A model generated the notes under the pieces. The model saw only the letters and a program-made list of their open reading frames with translations. It made no database searches and was not told the DNA's origin. From assembly GCA_964634875.1 (NCBI GenBank), contig CAZWKA010000003.1, positions 85,928 to 149,927 on the forward strand: a DNA stretch of 64,000 nt. The letters are read 5' to 3'. Made by a program: the position numbers and the translations under genes. This DNA is from an uncultured Gammaproteobacteria bacterium (GTDB taxonomy: Bacteria; Patescibacteriota; Patescibacteriia; Magasanikbacterales; GWA2-37-8). Of the stretch, positions 26,035 to 35,705 are shown piece after piece. Each line of letters begins with the position of its first letter. Within the stretch, counting starts at the first letter, position 1.

Positions 26035-28083
26035 ATGAAGCGTTTCAATCAACGTACGGCCAAAAAAGCTCCAGTCCCAAAAAGTACCCTCACCTGGTAC
26101 CGAGCTCTTGCAGGTGTAGCCATCGGCCTTTCGGCCCTGGTTTTTTGTTTTCAGGGAACATCAACGTCGGCTCCGCTTTTGGCTAATTATTACCTGGGCA
26201 CGCTTCCGCAAGATGATGCGACAATCAGCCTCTTGGCTCGTAACGATGTTTTGGTTTTGAGCAGCGAACAAGGAGTGATTCGTAAGGATGTTATCCAGAA
26301 AATTAAGCAAAAAAATCCGAAAATTGTTTTACTGGCTTATGTGATCAGTAAGAGTTACGATCAGAATTGGAAGAATTATCCGGCAAATACTGTCTATAAT
26401 AATTTTAGGGTTGACGATAGTTGCTGGCTCAAAGACGCCCAAGGAAATATTTTGTCAGATTGGCCGGGGCAGAAAAGTTTAAACATGAAAGAGCAGTGCA
26501 CTGATTATTTGATCCAGTATACCAAAGACAATATTTTAACCCAAGGGCATTGGGATGGTATATTTTGGGATGTTGTGAATGGAAATATCGCCTGGACAAA
26601 TAAAGGCAATATTGATTTGAATGCTGATGGTCAGCCGGATAAAGCGAGTGAAGCTGATGCCGAATGGCTCCGCCGCACGAATTATTTGCTTAGTCAGAGT
26701 CGCAAGCAGTTGCCGGTAAAATATTTTGTTATCAACGGAACTTCGATCCCGGGCGTCCAGCCACATGTGAACGGACGTATGTTTGAAAATTATCCGACAC
26801 CCTGGGAAGCAAATGGGTCGTGGGGTGGGCTTATGACTACGCTTGCCGCCAACCAGAAAACAAATGTTGCACCACAGCTGTATATTTTTAATGCCAATAC
26901 AAATAATACCGGTAACAAGAATGATTTCCGCAATATGCGGTTTGGCCTTACGAGCAGTCTCTTGACCAATAATACCTATTTTAGTTTTGACCATGGCACC
27001 AACGACCATAGTCAGACCTGGCAGTACGATGAATACAATGTAAAACTTGGTGACCCGGTTGCTCCGGCTGTTTCGCGTAATAATGAAACGCAATTCAAAG
27101 AAACTGATGTGTGGAAACGAGAGTACGCCAACGGCATTACGCTCGTAAACCCGACCGGGCAATCACAGACTGTTGATCTGGGCGCAGAGTATGAAAAAAT
27201 TATTGGTACACAGGATAAAAAAGTGAATGACGGGGCAATTACCGACCGGGTAACGCTTGGAGCAAAAGATGGGATTGTAATGATGAAAACGCTGGATGGT
27301 ATTAGTAGTATCAAGAATACCGCTTTCAAGAATGGCTCATTCCTACGGTTTTTTGACCTTAAGGGCAATCGTGCGCGTAACGGTTTTTTTGCCTTTGATG
27401 ATGACTACCAGGGTAGTGCGACGATTTATCAGGGCGATTTGGATGGCGACGGTGCAGAAGAAAAAGTAGTTGCTACCGGGGCAAAACTTGAAATTTTTAA
27501 TAGTAGCGGTGAACGTTGGTTCAACGATTATCCGTACGGTGCTAATTTTAAAGGTACGATCCAAATTACAGTTGGTAAGTTTTTTGGTGCGAGTACAAAC
27601 CAAATCGTTGTTGCCCCATCAAAAGGTGGTAAAGTTTTGGTATATAATTACCATGGTAAACTTCTAAAAAATGATTTCTATCCGCTTGGTACAAAATACC
27701 AAAATGGTTTTACCGTAGCCGTTGGTAGTCCGGCCGCTAAAGATGCTGGTGAGTTGGTCGTGGGGGTAGGCAAAGGCAGCCCGACCGAACTTTTGGTCTA
27801 TACGACCAGCTACACTAAGGTGGCTAAGCGTTTTTTCCCCTATGATAAAAAATATACCGGCGGCGTAACGCTGGCTGTCGGCGACATTAACAGCGATGGT
27901 GTGAACGAAATCGTAACGTTGCCGCTCAAAGGCACTGCTACGGCTCGGGTGTACACGACTGATGGCAAGAAACTATCTGAATTCAGGATTCCTTCCCTTT
28001 TTGGCTCAGTGCCAGTTGATATTACCATTGCGGATATTAACTTTGATGGCAAGCAGGAAATTGCGGTGATGAATGGACAATAG
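26035..28083 (+). CDS. Secreted/anchored GH114-like TIM-barrel glycoside-hydrolase-like domain protein with C-terminal FG-GAP repeats
   Basis: N-terminal TM/signal segment. GHWDGIFWDVV (GH114 GFDGVFLD-like). Several D-x-D/N-G-D-G FG-GAP repeats (DLDGDGAEE, DINSDGVNE, DINFDGKQE). Confidence 0.55.
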   Translation: MKRFNQRTAKKAPVPKSTLTWYRALAGVAIGLSALVFCFQGTSTSAPLLANYYLGTLPQDDATISLLARNDVLVLSSEQGVIRKDVIQKIKQKNPKIVLLAYVISKSYDQNWKNYPANTVYNNFRVDDSCWLKDAQGNILSDWPGQKSLNMKEQCTDYLIQYTKDNILTQGHWDGIFWDVVNGNIAWTNKGNIDLNADGQPDKASEADAEWLRRTNYLLSQSRKQLPVKYFVINGTSIPGVQPHVNGRMFENYPTPWEANGSWGGLMTTLAANQKTNVAPQLYIFNANTNNTGNKNDFRNMRFGLTSSLLTNNTYFSFDHGTNDHSQTWQYDEYNVKLGDPVAPAVSRNNETQFKETDVWKREYANGITLVNPTGQSQTVDLGAEYEKIIGTQDKKVNDGAITDRVTLGAKDGIVMMKTLDGISSIKNTAFKNGSFLRFFDLKGNRARNGFFAFDDDYQGSATIYQGDLDGDGAEEKVVATGAKLEIFNSSGERWFNDYPYGANFKGTIQITVGKFFGASTNQIVVAPSKGGKVLVYNYHGKLLKNDFYPLGTKYQNGFTVAVGSPAAKDAGELVVGVGKGSPTELLVYTTSYTKVAKRFFPYDKKYTGGVTLAVGDINSDGVNEIVTLPLKGTATARVYTTDGKKLSEFRIPSLFGSVPVDITIADINFDGKQEIAVMNGQ

Positions 28084-28128
28084 GTGCGAATGTCAAAATC
28101 TTAATGAAAAATTTCAAATAAAATTTCT

Positions 28129-28168
28129 AAAACCAAATGTCAAAATTTTGACATTTGGTTTTTTATTT
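28129..28168. terminator. Bidirectional intrinsic terminator
   Basis: CCAAATGTCAAAA-TT-TTGACATTTGG followed by TTTTTTATTT. Confidence 0.75.
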
Positions 28169-28199
28169 GGCATTAGACATTAGGATTTAGGATTTTTAT

Positions 28200-29096
28200 T
28201 TAATCTCCTGTAATTAAACACACCACCGGGCCTGTAAAGGCGTGGTGGTTTTTTATTGCTTGGTCGAGGGCCGCGACGGAGAGCGCGCTATTTGGAGATA
28301 TGGTCAGGTCTTTGGTTTTTTTAATCAGGTATATCGCGTTCGTGATTTGGTCGTTGGTAATCGTCCAGCCATCCCCGCCGCTGGTTTTGGTAAGTGCGGC
28401 AACCCGATCCTTGCGGAGGCCAACTTTGTCGACGATGGCGCTCGCGAGTGATGCTTCGGGGTTCGGTTCCTCGACCGACCCTTTGATGGCGTCAACGAAT
28501 GGATGGCAGCTTTGGGTCTGGGCAATATGAATTTGAGGGTTAATTCCGAGTTTTTGAAAGCCGAGCGCCAAGCCTTCGGCAGTTGTGCCGCTCGAGGTGG
28601 GAATAAAAATCGCAGATAGGTTTTCAATCTTAGCTACATCTTGCGCCAACTCCATGTAACCCCGCAGCGCTATTTCACTCGTCGCTTGGCGCAAGAGGCA
28701 GTAGCCTTCTGTTTTTTCGTACTGAAAAGCCGACTGGCGCGGATTATCAACTTGAGTAATTTTTATTTGTCCGTCTTCAAGTGCCTTTGTCAGCTTAGCT
28801 TGTTTTTTTGGGTCAATATTGGGGCCAATAAAAATTTCGAGTGTGTACGGGTCGGCCGGTTTACTCTTATTGTGGTTTTGGACGGTAATTATGGCTGAGA
28901 GCGCGGCATTGCCCGATGATGAAATAACAAACTTACGGATACCGGCGCGGGCGGCTTCGTCGATCATGAGGGGAATTGAGCGGCCTTTATGTGAGCCGTG
29001 TCGGTGCAGATCTTCTCGTTTAAGCCAGATTTCCTGGTTGAAGTTAAGCGCAGTTGAAAGCTCAGGGACGGGTGTTTGAGGGGTTTTCATAGGCAC
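28200..29096 (-). CDS. PLP-dependent enzyme, fold type II (Trp-synthase-beta superfamily; threonine synthase/dehydratase-like)
   Basis: SHKGRS Lys motif. Gly-rich PLP-phosphate loop (TSSGTTAEGLA). Confidence 0.55.
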   Translation of the reverse strand: MPMKTPQTPVPELSTALNFNQEIWLKREDLHRHGSHKGRSIPLMIDEAARAGIRKFVISSSGNAALSAIITVQNHNKSKPADPYTLEIFIGPNIDPKKQAKLTKALEDGQIKITQVDNPRQSAFQYEKTEGYCLLRQATSEIALRGYMELAQDVAKIENLSAIFIPTSSGTTAEGLALGFQKLGINPQIHIAQTQSCHPFVDAIKGSVEEPNPEASLASAIVDKVGLRKDRVAALTKTSGGDGWTITNDQITNAIYLIKKTKDLTISPNSALSVAALDQAIKNHHAFTGPVVCLITGD

Positions 29097-29170
29097 GTAT
29101 CACGTAACACATAGCACGTATCATGCAGCACGTATATTTGTTACGTGTTACGTGCTATCTGCTACGTGTT
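29094..29170. promoter_or_regulatory. Array of seven ACGT-core boxes (4x CACGTA then 3x TACGTG) in a divergent intergenic region
   Basis: Direct reading of cacgtatcacgtaacacatagcacgtatcatgcagcacgtatatttgttacgtgttacgtgctatctgctacgtg. Confidence 0.35.
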
Positions 29171-29234
29171 CAGGGGTTGCTTAATTTAACAAAATATTGT
29201 AGTATACTAACCACTAATTCTAAAGTTTACCTTT

Positions 29235-29402
29235 ATGAACCTTACTTGTCCAGAATGTAAAAATGCTGTCGATATGGCACCTTATGCTACGCTTGATGTC
29301 GGGCATGTCGTGGAGTGTAATAGCTGTGGTATGACGCTCATGGTGAAAGACATTGATGAAGCCAAAAACGTACAGGTTGAGATTGTAGACGAAGGGAAAT
29401 AA
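29235..29402 (+). CDS. Small zinc-ribbon protein (55 aa; LysW/TFIIB-ribbon-like), absent from the ORF track because it is below 60 aa
   Basis: MNLTCPECKNAV...VECNSCGMTL with two CxxC pairs and an acidic tail. Confidence 0.4.
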   Translation: MNLTCPECKNAVDMAPYATLDVGHVVECNSCGMTLMVKDIDEAKNVQVEIVDEGK

Positions 29403-29410
29403 ACAGTACG

Positions 29411-29480
29411 AAGCAGATTAGGCAGAGTAAGCAGATTAAGCATTGGTTTACTTACTCTGCTTAGTACTTACTCTGCTTAG
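29411..29480. repeat. Short palindromic repeat family, copy B (both arms adjacent, an empty-site hairpin)
   Basis: AAGCAGATTAGGCAGAGTAAGCAGATTAAG-cattggttta-CTTACTCTGCTTAGTACTTACTCTGCTTAG. Confidence 0.7.
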
Positions 29481-30857
29481 TACTTCAACAAGTTCTTCAA
29501 TCATTCCTCTGAATCCGTGACTGCCTAAGAACACGACTACACCCCCTTTGGGTGTTTTTTCGTTGAGATAGGTAATGAGTTTTTTATCGTCATCGATATA
29601 TGAAACAGCAGTGTGTGTTTTGGAGATAATTTTGGCCAGCTTGTCGCCTTCGAGTATTTTTGTATCTTGGGCAGAATCCTTTTTTACCAAGGTCAGGCGG
29701 GGAATAACTACTTCGTCAGCGGCGCTAAAGGCGTGTGCATACCCGGGGGCAGCTTGGAGCTGGCGATTGCCGGTGTTTGGCTCAAATACGGCAATAATTT
29801 TTCCTGAGTACAGTTTTCGGAGCGACGATAACACGGCTTCGGCTTTGCTCGGCGAATGGGCGATGTCGTCAAAGATTGTTGCGCTGCCTTCATACCGTTT
29901 TTCCAGGCGGCGTTTCATGCCTTTAAAACTAGCGATAGCGGCAATTATTTTTTCTGGTTCTATACCCATTTTAGTAGTCAGTGCAAAACAACCCGTGATA
30001 TTGTCGGCCATGTATTCTCCGAGCGTGGCCGTTTGTAGTTTGTAGGCAGTGCCGTCATGCGTGATAGTGAATTTGAGGCCGTCTTTCGTTTGAGCAATAC
30101 CGGAATACCTAAAATCGTTGTCAGTATTTTTTCCATAACTGACAACGCTCAGCTGTTTGGCTTTTTTGGTGGTAATGACGGGCAGTGCTTTTTCAGAAAC
30201 AACCAGAAGTCCGGCTTTAGGTAGCGAGTCGACTAATTTTTGAAATGCTTCGCGGTATAGCGCTTCGGTTGGATAGACGTCAGCATGATCCCAAACAACT
30301 GAAGTGAGGAGTAGTTCGGTAGGAGCGTAGTATGCAAACTTAGGACCTGTGTCCCAGCGTGAGGCTTTGTATTCATCGCCCTCGACCACGGCCCAGTCGC
30401 TTTTGGTGAGTTCTGCGGCCGGCAGGTCGTTCAGGGCGAGCCCGCCAAACATGTAACTCGGATCGTACCCGGCTTCTTTGAGGATCCAGGTGAGCAGTGT
30501 GGTCGAGGTCGATTTACCATAGGTACCGGCACAGACGATGGAATGTTTTTTGCGTTTGATAAAAAAATCACGGATCACTTCGGGGTAGGATTTATAGGGA
30601 AGGTTTTTTTCTTGGACGGCCAGCCATTCCGGGTTGCTAGAACCGGCAACATTCCCAACAATCACTAAATCGGGCGTGCCCATATTTTCGGGATGCCAGC
30701 CTGGGTAGAAGTCAATGTCAGCGTCTTTGAGGTGAGTCGAAACCGGTGGGTAAAATCCGACGTCTGAGCCGGTAACTTTGTATCCTTCGCGCTTAAAGGC
30801 GAGGGCAAGGGCGCTCATCGCAACGCCGCAGATGCCGATGAAGTGGAAGTGTTTCAT
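29448..30857 (-). CDS. Mur ligase family, MurC/Mpl-type
   Basis: N-terminus MKHFHFIGICGVAMSALA. GTYGKSTST P-loop. Mur ligase middle and C-terminal domains. Confidence 0.7.
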   Translation of the reverse strand: MKHFHFIGICGVAMSALALAFKREGYKVTGSDVGFYPPVSTHLKDADIDFYPGWHPENMGTPDLVIVGNVAGSSNPEWLAVQEKNLPYKSYPEVIRDFFIKRKKHSIVCAGTYGKSTSTTLLTWILKEAGYDPSYMFGGLALNDLPAAELTKSDWAVVEGDEYKASRWDTGPKFAYYAPTELLLTSVVWDHADVYPTEALYREAFQKLVDSLPKAGLLVVSEKALPVITTKKAKQLSVVSYGKNTDNDFRYSGIAQTKDGLKFTITHDGTAYKLQTATLGEYMADNITGCFALTTKMGIEPEKIIAAIASFKGMKRRLEKRYEGSATIFDDIAHSPSKAEAVLSSLRKLYSGKIIAVFEPNTGNRQLQAAPGYAHAFSAADEVVIPRLTLVKKDSAQDTKILEGDKLAKIISKTHTAVSYIDDDKKLITYLNEKTPKGGVVVFLGSHGFRGMIEELVEVLSRVSTKQSK

Positions 30858-31543
30858 AGTGGTTTCTGAAAATATGCTAACCAAAAGTTCCGTTTGTAAC
30901 TGCGATTGTTCATTTTGGAATAACTTTCTTTTTTATCAAGGTTCAGTAAGGTGAAATATTTGCCGTACATGGTTGTGAAATCCAGCCGATCAAAGACGCG
31001 TTCGGTTAACCCAAGTTCCTTCATATAATAGGTGTCTTTTTCACGCCCCGGACTTTTTTTGAGGAGTTCTTTGGCATTTTTATCGCCTTCTTTACAAAGT
31101 GCTTTGACGAACAGATAACCACCTGGTTTGAGGGTGCGGTTTATTTCGGTTAGGTATACTTCCCGTTCCTGTTCATTGAGCGAGTTTGATGAGGTAACAT
31201 CCATAATAAGATCAAACGTGAGGTCGGGAAAGGGGAACGATTCACCAAAGCTTTTAATCAGGTAGTTTACCGATACGCGCATTTTTTGGGCGTCGCCTTT
31301 GGCAATGGCAACTGCGGTCGGTGAGATTTCGATGCCAGTAACAACGGCGCCCTCTTTGGCTAGGTGGTTGGCGTTGCGCCCGGTGCCGCTCCCCAGGTCG
31401 AGGGCGCGTTTGCCTTCCAAATCAAAATCACGTTCTTTACGCAAAAATTTTAAGAAACGCAAAGTGTCTTTTTGTGGTTCAGGGTTGAAGTGAAGGAGTT
31501 TGCTCTGTCGGTACTCCTGTTCCCAGACTTTTCCTTGCGCCAT
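30854..31543 (-). CDS. Class I SAM-dependent methyltransferase
   Basis: LDLGSGTGRN motif I. Confidence 0.7.
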   Translation of the reverse strand: MAQGKVWEQEYRQSKLLHFNPEPQKDTLRFLKFLRKERDFDLEGKRALDLGSGTGRNANHLAKEGAVVTGIEISPTAVAIAKGDAQKMRVSVNYLIKSFGESFPFPDLTFDLIMDVTSSNSLNEQEREVYLTEINRTLKPGGYLFVKALCKEGDKNAKELLKKSPGREKDTYYMKELGLTERVFDRLDFTTMYGKYFTLLNLDKKESYSKMNNRSYKRNFWLAYFQKPL

Positions 31544-31597
31544 AGATTAAATGCAAAGTGTAAAGTGAAAAGTGTAAAATAATGACCGTTGTTGGTT

Positions 31598-32404
31598 TTA
31601 TAATTTTTCTAAAATTTTTTTTAATTCATCGCGGTCAGTTTTCCACGCTTCGCCATCGAACCATTCTAATCCTTCGAATTGGAGTTTGTACGTATCGGTT
31701 GGTCGTTGTGCTGAGCCGAGGTAGATGTATTTTTTACCCTGGTCTTTTGCATACACAATTGCTTTCAGCATCATCCCTAGGCCGAGGTTAGGAAGCGTAT
31801 TCTCAAGTTGATAGAATGGATAGCAGTAGTGAACGAGATCGTTTGTCTCGAGAGTAATGCAGTAGCCGATTGCTGCACTGTCATTGCTAGGAGGGCGATT
31901 TGCATCGTCTGACGTGGCAATCTCCTGGATTTCAACGTTCATCTTTTTATCATGTAAACCCTGGATGCCAGGGGATTGCTTCGTCGTTCGTTCCGCACTC
32001 CTCGCAATGACAAAAGCGAATAGCGTGTTGAAATTACTTTTTTCAGGGTCAGTTAAAAGTTCTTTTATTTTGTTGGCACTAAATATTCCGTCACCAAACT
32101 TTGTGGTATAAAAATCTTTACCTAATTTTCCAATGGTCCAGTCGTAGTTGGCGTAGGGGAGGGGGTATTTTTTTAACAAAACCTCTTCGGTTTTTCGGAG
32201 GATGCGACGGTTCTCGCTGGTTAATTCAAACTTTGTAAGATCGATCCGCAGGCTTCGGGTTTGATAGAGTAGATTTTTTTCATTACGCCCAAAAAGAAAA
32301 CCTTCGTTATAGAGGTCGTTTATTTTTGCTTCGTCAAAAGCAGGGTTTTTTTCTTCTTTCCATTTGAGGTACGGTTTCATTGTTTCATGGTTATATTGTT
32401 TCAT
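31598..32404 (-). CDS. GNAT-fold aminoacyl-tRNA-dependent transferase-like protein (ATE/Bpt or FemAB-like). Uncertain.
   Basis: Weak similarity pattern only. Start chosen at MKQYNH to avoid overlap with mraY. Confidence 0.35.
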   Translation of the reverse strand: MKQYNHETMKPYLKWKEEKNPAFDEAKINDLYNEGFLFGRNEKNLLYQTRSLRIDLTKFELTSENRRILRKTEEVLLKKYPLPYANYDWTIGKLGKDFYTTKFGDGIFSANKIKELLTDPEKSNFNTLFAFVIARSAERTTKQSPGIQGLHDKKMNVEIQEIATSDDANRPPSNDSAAIGYCITLETNDLVHYCYPFYQLENTLPNLGLGMMLKAIVYAKDQGKKYIYLGSAQRPTDTYKLQFEGLEWFDGEAWKTDRDELKKILEKL

Positions 32405-32459
32405 TGTTGGTAAGCTGATAACAATGAAACTGGCAGATTCAAAATTTGAAGGAGAAGCT

Positions 32460-33590
32460 CTAATGAAGACTAATCCAAAGACCCAAGAGTACAAAACCGG
32501 CATGAATAATCCAAAAACGCATCACGGTTTTTTCTTCGCTCCAACCACGGATTTCGAAGTGGTGGTGGATCGGGGCCATTTTGAAAATACGTCGTCCAAG
32601 CAGATGACGGCCAAGGATTTGGATGATTACGCTTGCGAGCTCGGCATAGAAAATAAAACCGAGGAGCGGAATAAGGATGAGCCGGTTAATGACGATGCAA
32701 TTAATCGCAAGGAGCGCGCCGAGGCCGAGGGAACCCACGTCGCCCATTTGGAAGCGCGCGGGCTTAATATTAAAATAGGTGTACGTGATGAGTGCTCCAA
32801 CGGTTGTGGCGTTTACGATGGCAATTGAGGAGTAACCTTCGATCCAGGATAGTACGGTAAGTGTTGAAAAGGTGATGATGAGTGCGCCACCAGCGAGGCC
32901 GTCCATGCCATCGGTAATATTAACGGCGTTTGAAGTCAAGAAAACCAGAATAATGATGAGGGGGATGATGAGCCAGCCTATCGAGATGAAGCCGTGGAAC
33001 GGAATATACACGTCGCGCCACTGCTCGCCGAGTTTATTGTAGATCCACCAAGCAGTGATGGCACCAGCGGCCAACTGAAAGAGCATGCGTTCGTGGACAT
33101 GCAATCCTTTGCCTGGGTGAGAGCCGAGCCACATTCCAATGCGTTTGAAGGCTGACCAGGGAAATGTGATAGCGAGCCATAGACGCTGTTTCCAGTCTTT
33201 GTGGACACGAATGAGCGTAAGGATGTGTTTGATTTTTTTGGTGCGCCGTTCGTGACCCATGATGTTGAGTATGTCGTCGATACCACCGAGAAGGGCAGAG
33301 AGAAGCATGACGCCAATCGGTACCCAGGTATATTGGCGATTCCAGTTAAAGAGTATGGTAATGACAGCGACCGTAACAATGACCAGGATGCCGCCCATGA
33401 CCGGCACCCCTGCTTTGCTGCGGCGGGCACCCATAGCGAGCGTGGCGTCGTATTCGGGGTTACGGACGATTTTATACTTGTAGAGGAAGGAAATGAGGAG
33501 TGGCGCCCATAAAAAGGCAATAAACGACGAAAGTAAGCCAAAAAAAATGGCTGTCTTGAGCACGTCCAGTATCTCGGGGGAAATCGGCAT
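32460..33590 (-). CDS. mraY: Phospho-N-acetylmuramoyl-pentapeptide transferase
   Basis: NAVNITDGMDGLA and APIHHHFE motifs. Ten TM helices. Confidence 0.85.
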   Translation of the reverse strand: MPISPEILDVLKTAIFFGLLSSFIAFLWAPLLISFLYKYKIVRNPEYDATLAMGARRSKAGVPVMGGILVIVTVAVITILFNWNRQYTWVPIGVMLLSALLGGIDDILNIMGHERRTKKIKHILTLIRVHKDWKQRLWLAITFPWSAFKRIGMWLGSHPGKGLHVHERMLFQLAAGAITAWWIYNKLGEQWRDVYIPFHGFISIGWLIIPLIIILVFLTSNAVNITDGMDGLAGGALIITFSTLTVLSWIEGYSSIAIVNATTVGALITYTYFNIKPARFQMGDVGSLGLGALLAINCIVINRLILIPLLGFIFYAELASVIIQILGRHLLGRRIFKMAPIHHHFEIRGWSEEKTVMRFWIIHAGFVLLGLWISLH

Positions 33591-33686
33591 AATACGCGTA
33601 GTTTAGCATAAAACTGGGCTTTTGAGCAAGTTGCGGGGTCGAGTTGGGCTGTGGTATAGTATTTTCTCTAGTTATAGCTATTTTTT

Positions 33687-34940
33687 ATGGAAACAACCGA
33701 CGTCGTTATCGTGGGAGCAAGTTTTGCGGGCTTAACTATGGGGCACCATCTTCCAAGTAATCTTAAGACTATTATTCTTGACCGCAAGACGCGGCTCGAT
33801 ACGGCAATCGAAACCACGGGTCTTATCACCGAAGCCACCCGTGAATTATTTAAAAAATTCTGCGATGTTGATCGGTTTATTCCTAATCAGATCACCACGA
33901 TTGGAGTTGTTTCGCCGGATTATAATAAGTATTTTTTTTCACATACCGAGAAGCCTTGGATCTATTCGACTGATACGCCGCTCCTCGTGAAGCATTTGGG
34001 CGACACCCTCCCGCCACATATTGAACTGCATCTCGGAGCCGGCCTCCTCGCCTATGAGCGCGATACGCATGAAACACATCCGATTCTGGTTACGTACTTA
34101 AGCGGTGGAGAAAAGAAACAGATCCGTACTAAATTTTTGGTCGGCGCAGACGGTTCGCATTCGACGGTTGCGAAGTTGAACATCTGCCTTTCTAAAAATA
34201 CTAAGTTCCTGGCGGGTTTTGAAAAAGTATTTTATGGAGAGATTATGTTTGGCGAACACCCGGATAACACGATCTACCATTTTTGGTTTGGTGAATTTTC
34301 GATCGGCTATGGCGGTTGGTTGTCACCGACAATTATTAGCGGACGTAAAGCATTCCGCCTGGGACTCGCCAAGCTTGAAAAAGATTTGAAGGATATTAAA
34401 AAAATCGACGAGTTTATCGCGATTTTGCAGGAGAAAAAAATTATTCGGATTGACGGGGACCCCGCTAAGGCCGCGCTAGCATTTGGCCACCTGATTCCAA
34501 TCGGTGGAATTTTACCCAATGTTGTTGATGGCAATATTTTACTTATTGGCGACGCGGCCGGATTTTGTGGTGCGTTTGCCGCGGACGGGATTAAGGGCGC
34601 TGTTGTTTCCGGGCAGGTAGCAGCCAAATTAGTTCCCGAGTATTTGGGTGGTAAGAAAGACGCTTTTAAAGCGTATCATGCCCGCATTGAAGCACATAAT
34701 GCCCTCATGACGTATTTTAAAAAACAGGTGGTCTATCGTTTTTTGTGGGATCGGATGAAATCAGACCGTGCCTTCCATGCGTTATTTGATTTGGTAGCCC
34801 GGCAGAAAGATACGTTTGTGTATCAATTTTGTGAGAGCAAGGATCGGCGGAAAAGCTTGGTCTGGATTGTGCTTCGCGTATCTAACATCCCTTTGTTACT
34901 TAAATATAGTTGGTTTGTTTTCTTGGACTTATTTGTTTAA
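33687..34940 (+). CDS. FAD-dependent geranylgeranyl-reductase-family oxidoreductase
   Basis: DVVIVGASFAG dinucleotide motif. GDAAG motif. About 400 aa. Confidence 0.65.
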   Translation: METTDVVIVGASFAGLTMGHHLPSNLKTIILDRKTRLDTAIETTGLITEATRELFKKFCDVDRFIPNQITTIGVVSPDYNKYFFSHTEKPWIYSTDTPLLVKHLGDTLPPHIELHLGAGLLAYERDTHETHPILVTYLSGGEKKQIRTKFLVGADGSHSTVAKLNICLSKNTKFLAGFEKVFYGEIMFGEHPDNTIYHFWFGEFSIGYGGWLSPTIISGRKAFRLGLAKLEKDLKDIKKIDEFIAILQEKKIIRIDGDPAKAALAFGHLIPIGGILPNVVDGNILLIGDAAGFCGAFAADGIKGAVVSGQVAAKLVPEYLGGKKDAFKAYHARIEAHNALMTYFKKQVVYRFLWDRMKSDRAFHALFDLVARQKDTFVYQFCESKDRRKSLVWIVLRVSNIPLLLKYSWFVFLDLFV

Positions 34941-35699
34941 TTCTTTTAGACGGCGCAATTCAAGCTTCTGGGCTTCCCAGGCGCGCTTGTAGGTCTCGTT
35001 AGTTTCGTTGCCACAGTTTTGTTCGGTCCACGCGGCGGCAATGAGGGCAGGTTTTTCGTTTGGAATAGCAATTGTGCCGCGGCGAACGCCATGATTGTAT
35101 TTGCCGTCACTGGCCCATTGGAGGGAGTGAACATAGCTGAGAATGATGTGTTTTTTTTCTACGGCGACGTCGGTAATAAGTACGACGTGGTCATAGTCGT
35201 GCGCGGGACCAGATCCAAGCATGACGATATAATCACCGGGGCGTGCCTTGTTCGCCTCAATCACATCGCTGTTACGGTCGTGCGCTAGTACTTTAACCCC
35301 CGCATTTTCAGCTGGTCGCAATTTAATAATCAATCGCCTAAGTATATTTGTGGCTTGTGGGAAAAATAAACAGTCACGCAGATTTTTTTTACGCGTCGCG
35401 CAGAGCTCGGCATTGAGAACGTGGTAAGCAAATCCCGAGCAGTCGACACCGAGCCTGTGGTCAACCAAAAATTTTTTTAATCCTTCGTCATCAAGTCCTT
35501 CAAGGTTAATCTTATCCTTTAATGAAATTATTAGGGCTTCTTCGGTAATGTCTTCAGGTGTGCCTTTGCCAATAAGGACGCGGAGCCCGCCGCGCATACC
35601 GCTGCGGCGGTTGTTATAATACGGACAGGCCACCTGGCGGTTCGGAAAGGGAAGTGCGAGGTAGTCATTAATCGCCTTTTCAGCTTGGGGTGAAAGCAT
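34929..35699 (-). CDS. Papain-fold (NlpC/P60-like) domain protein
   Basis: GVDCSGFAYHVL Cys motif with a downstream His. Low certainty. Confidence 0.4.
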   Translation of the reverse strand: MLSPQAEKAINDYLALPFPNRQVACPYYNNRRSGMRGGLRVLIGKGTPEDITEEALIISLKDKINLEGLDDEGLKKFLVDHRLGVDCSGFAYHVLNAELCATRKKNLRDCLFFPQATNILRRLIIKLRPAENAGVKVLAHDRNSDVIEANKARPGDYIVMLGSGPAHDYDHVVLITDVAVEKKHIILSYVHSLQWASDGKYNHGVRRGTIAIPNEKPALIAAAWTEQNCGNETNETYKRAWEAQKLELRRLKELNK

Positions 35700-35705
35700 A
35701 TGCTC

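Noticed and set aside
28218-28256. CCACC...GGTGG hairpin plus T-run near 28225-28256
   Set aside because: It lies inside the 3' end of the PLP-enzyme coding sequence. The real terminator for the neighbouring gene is at 28129-28168.
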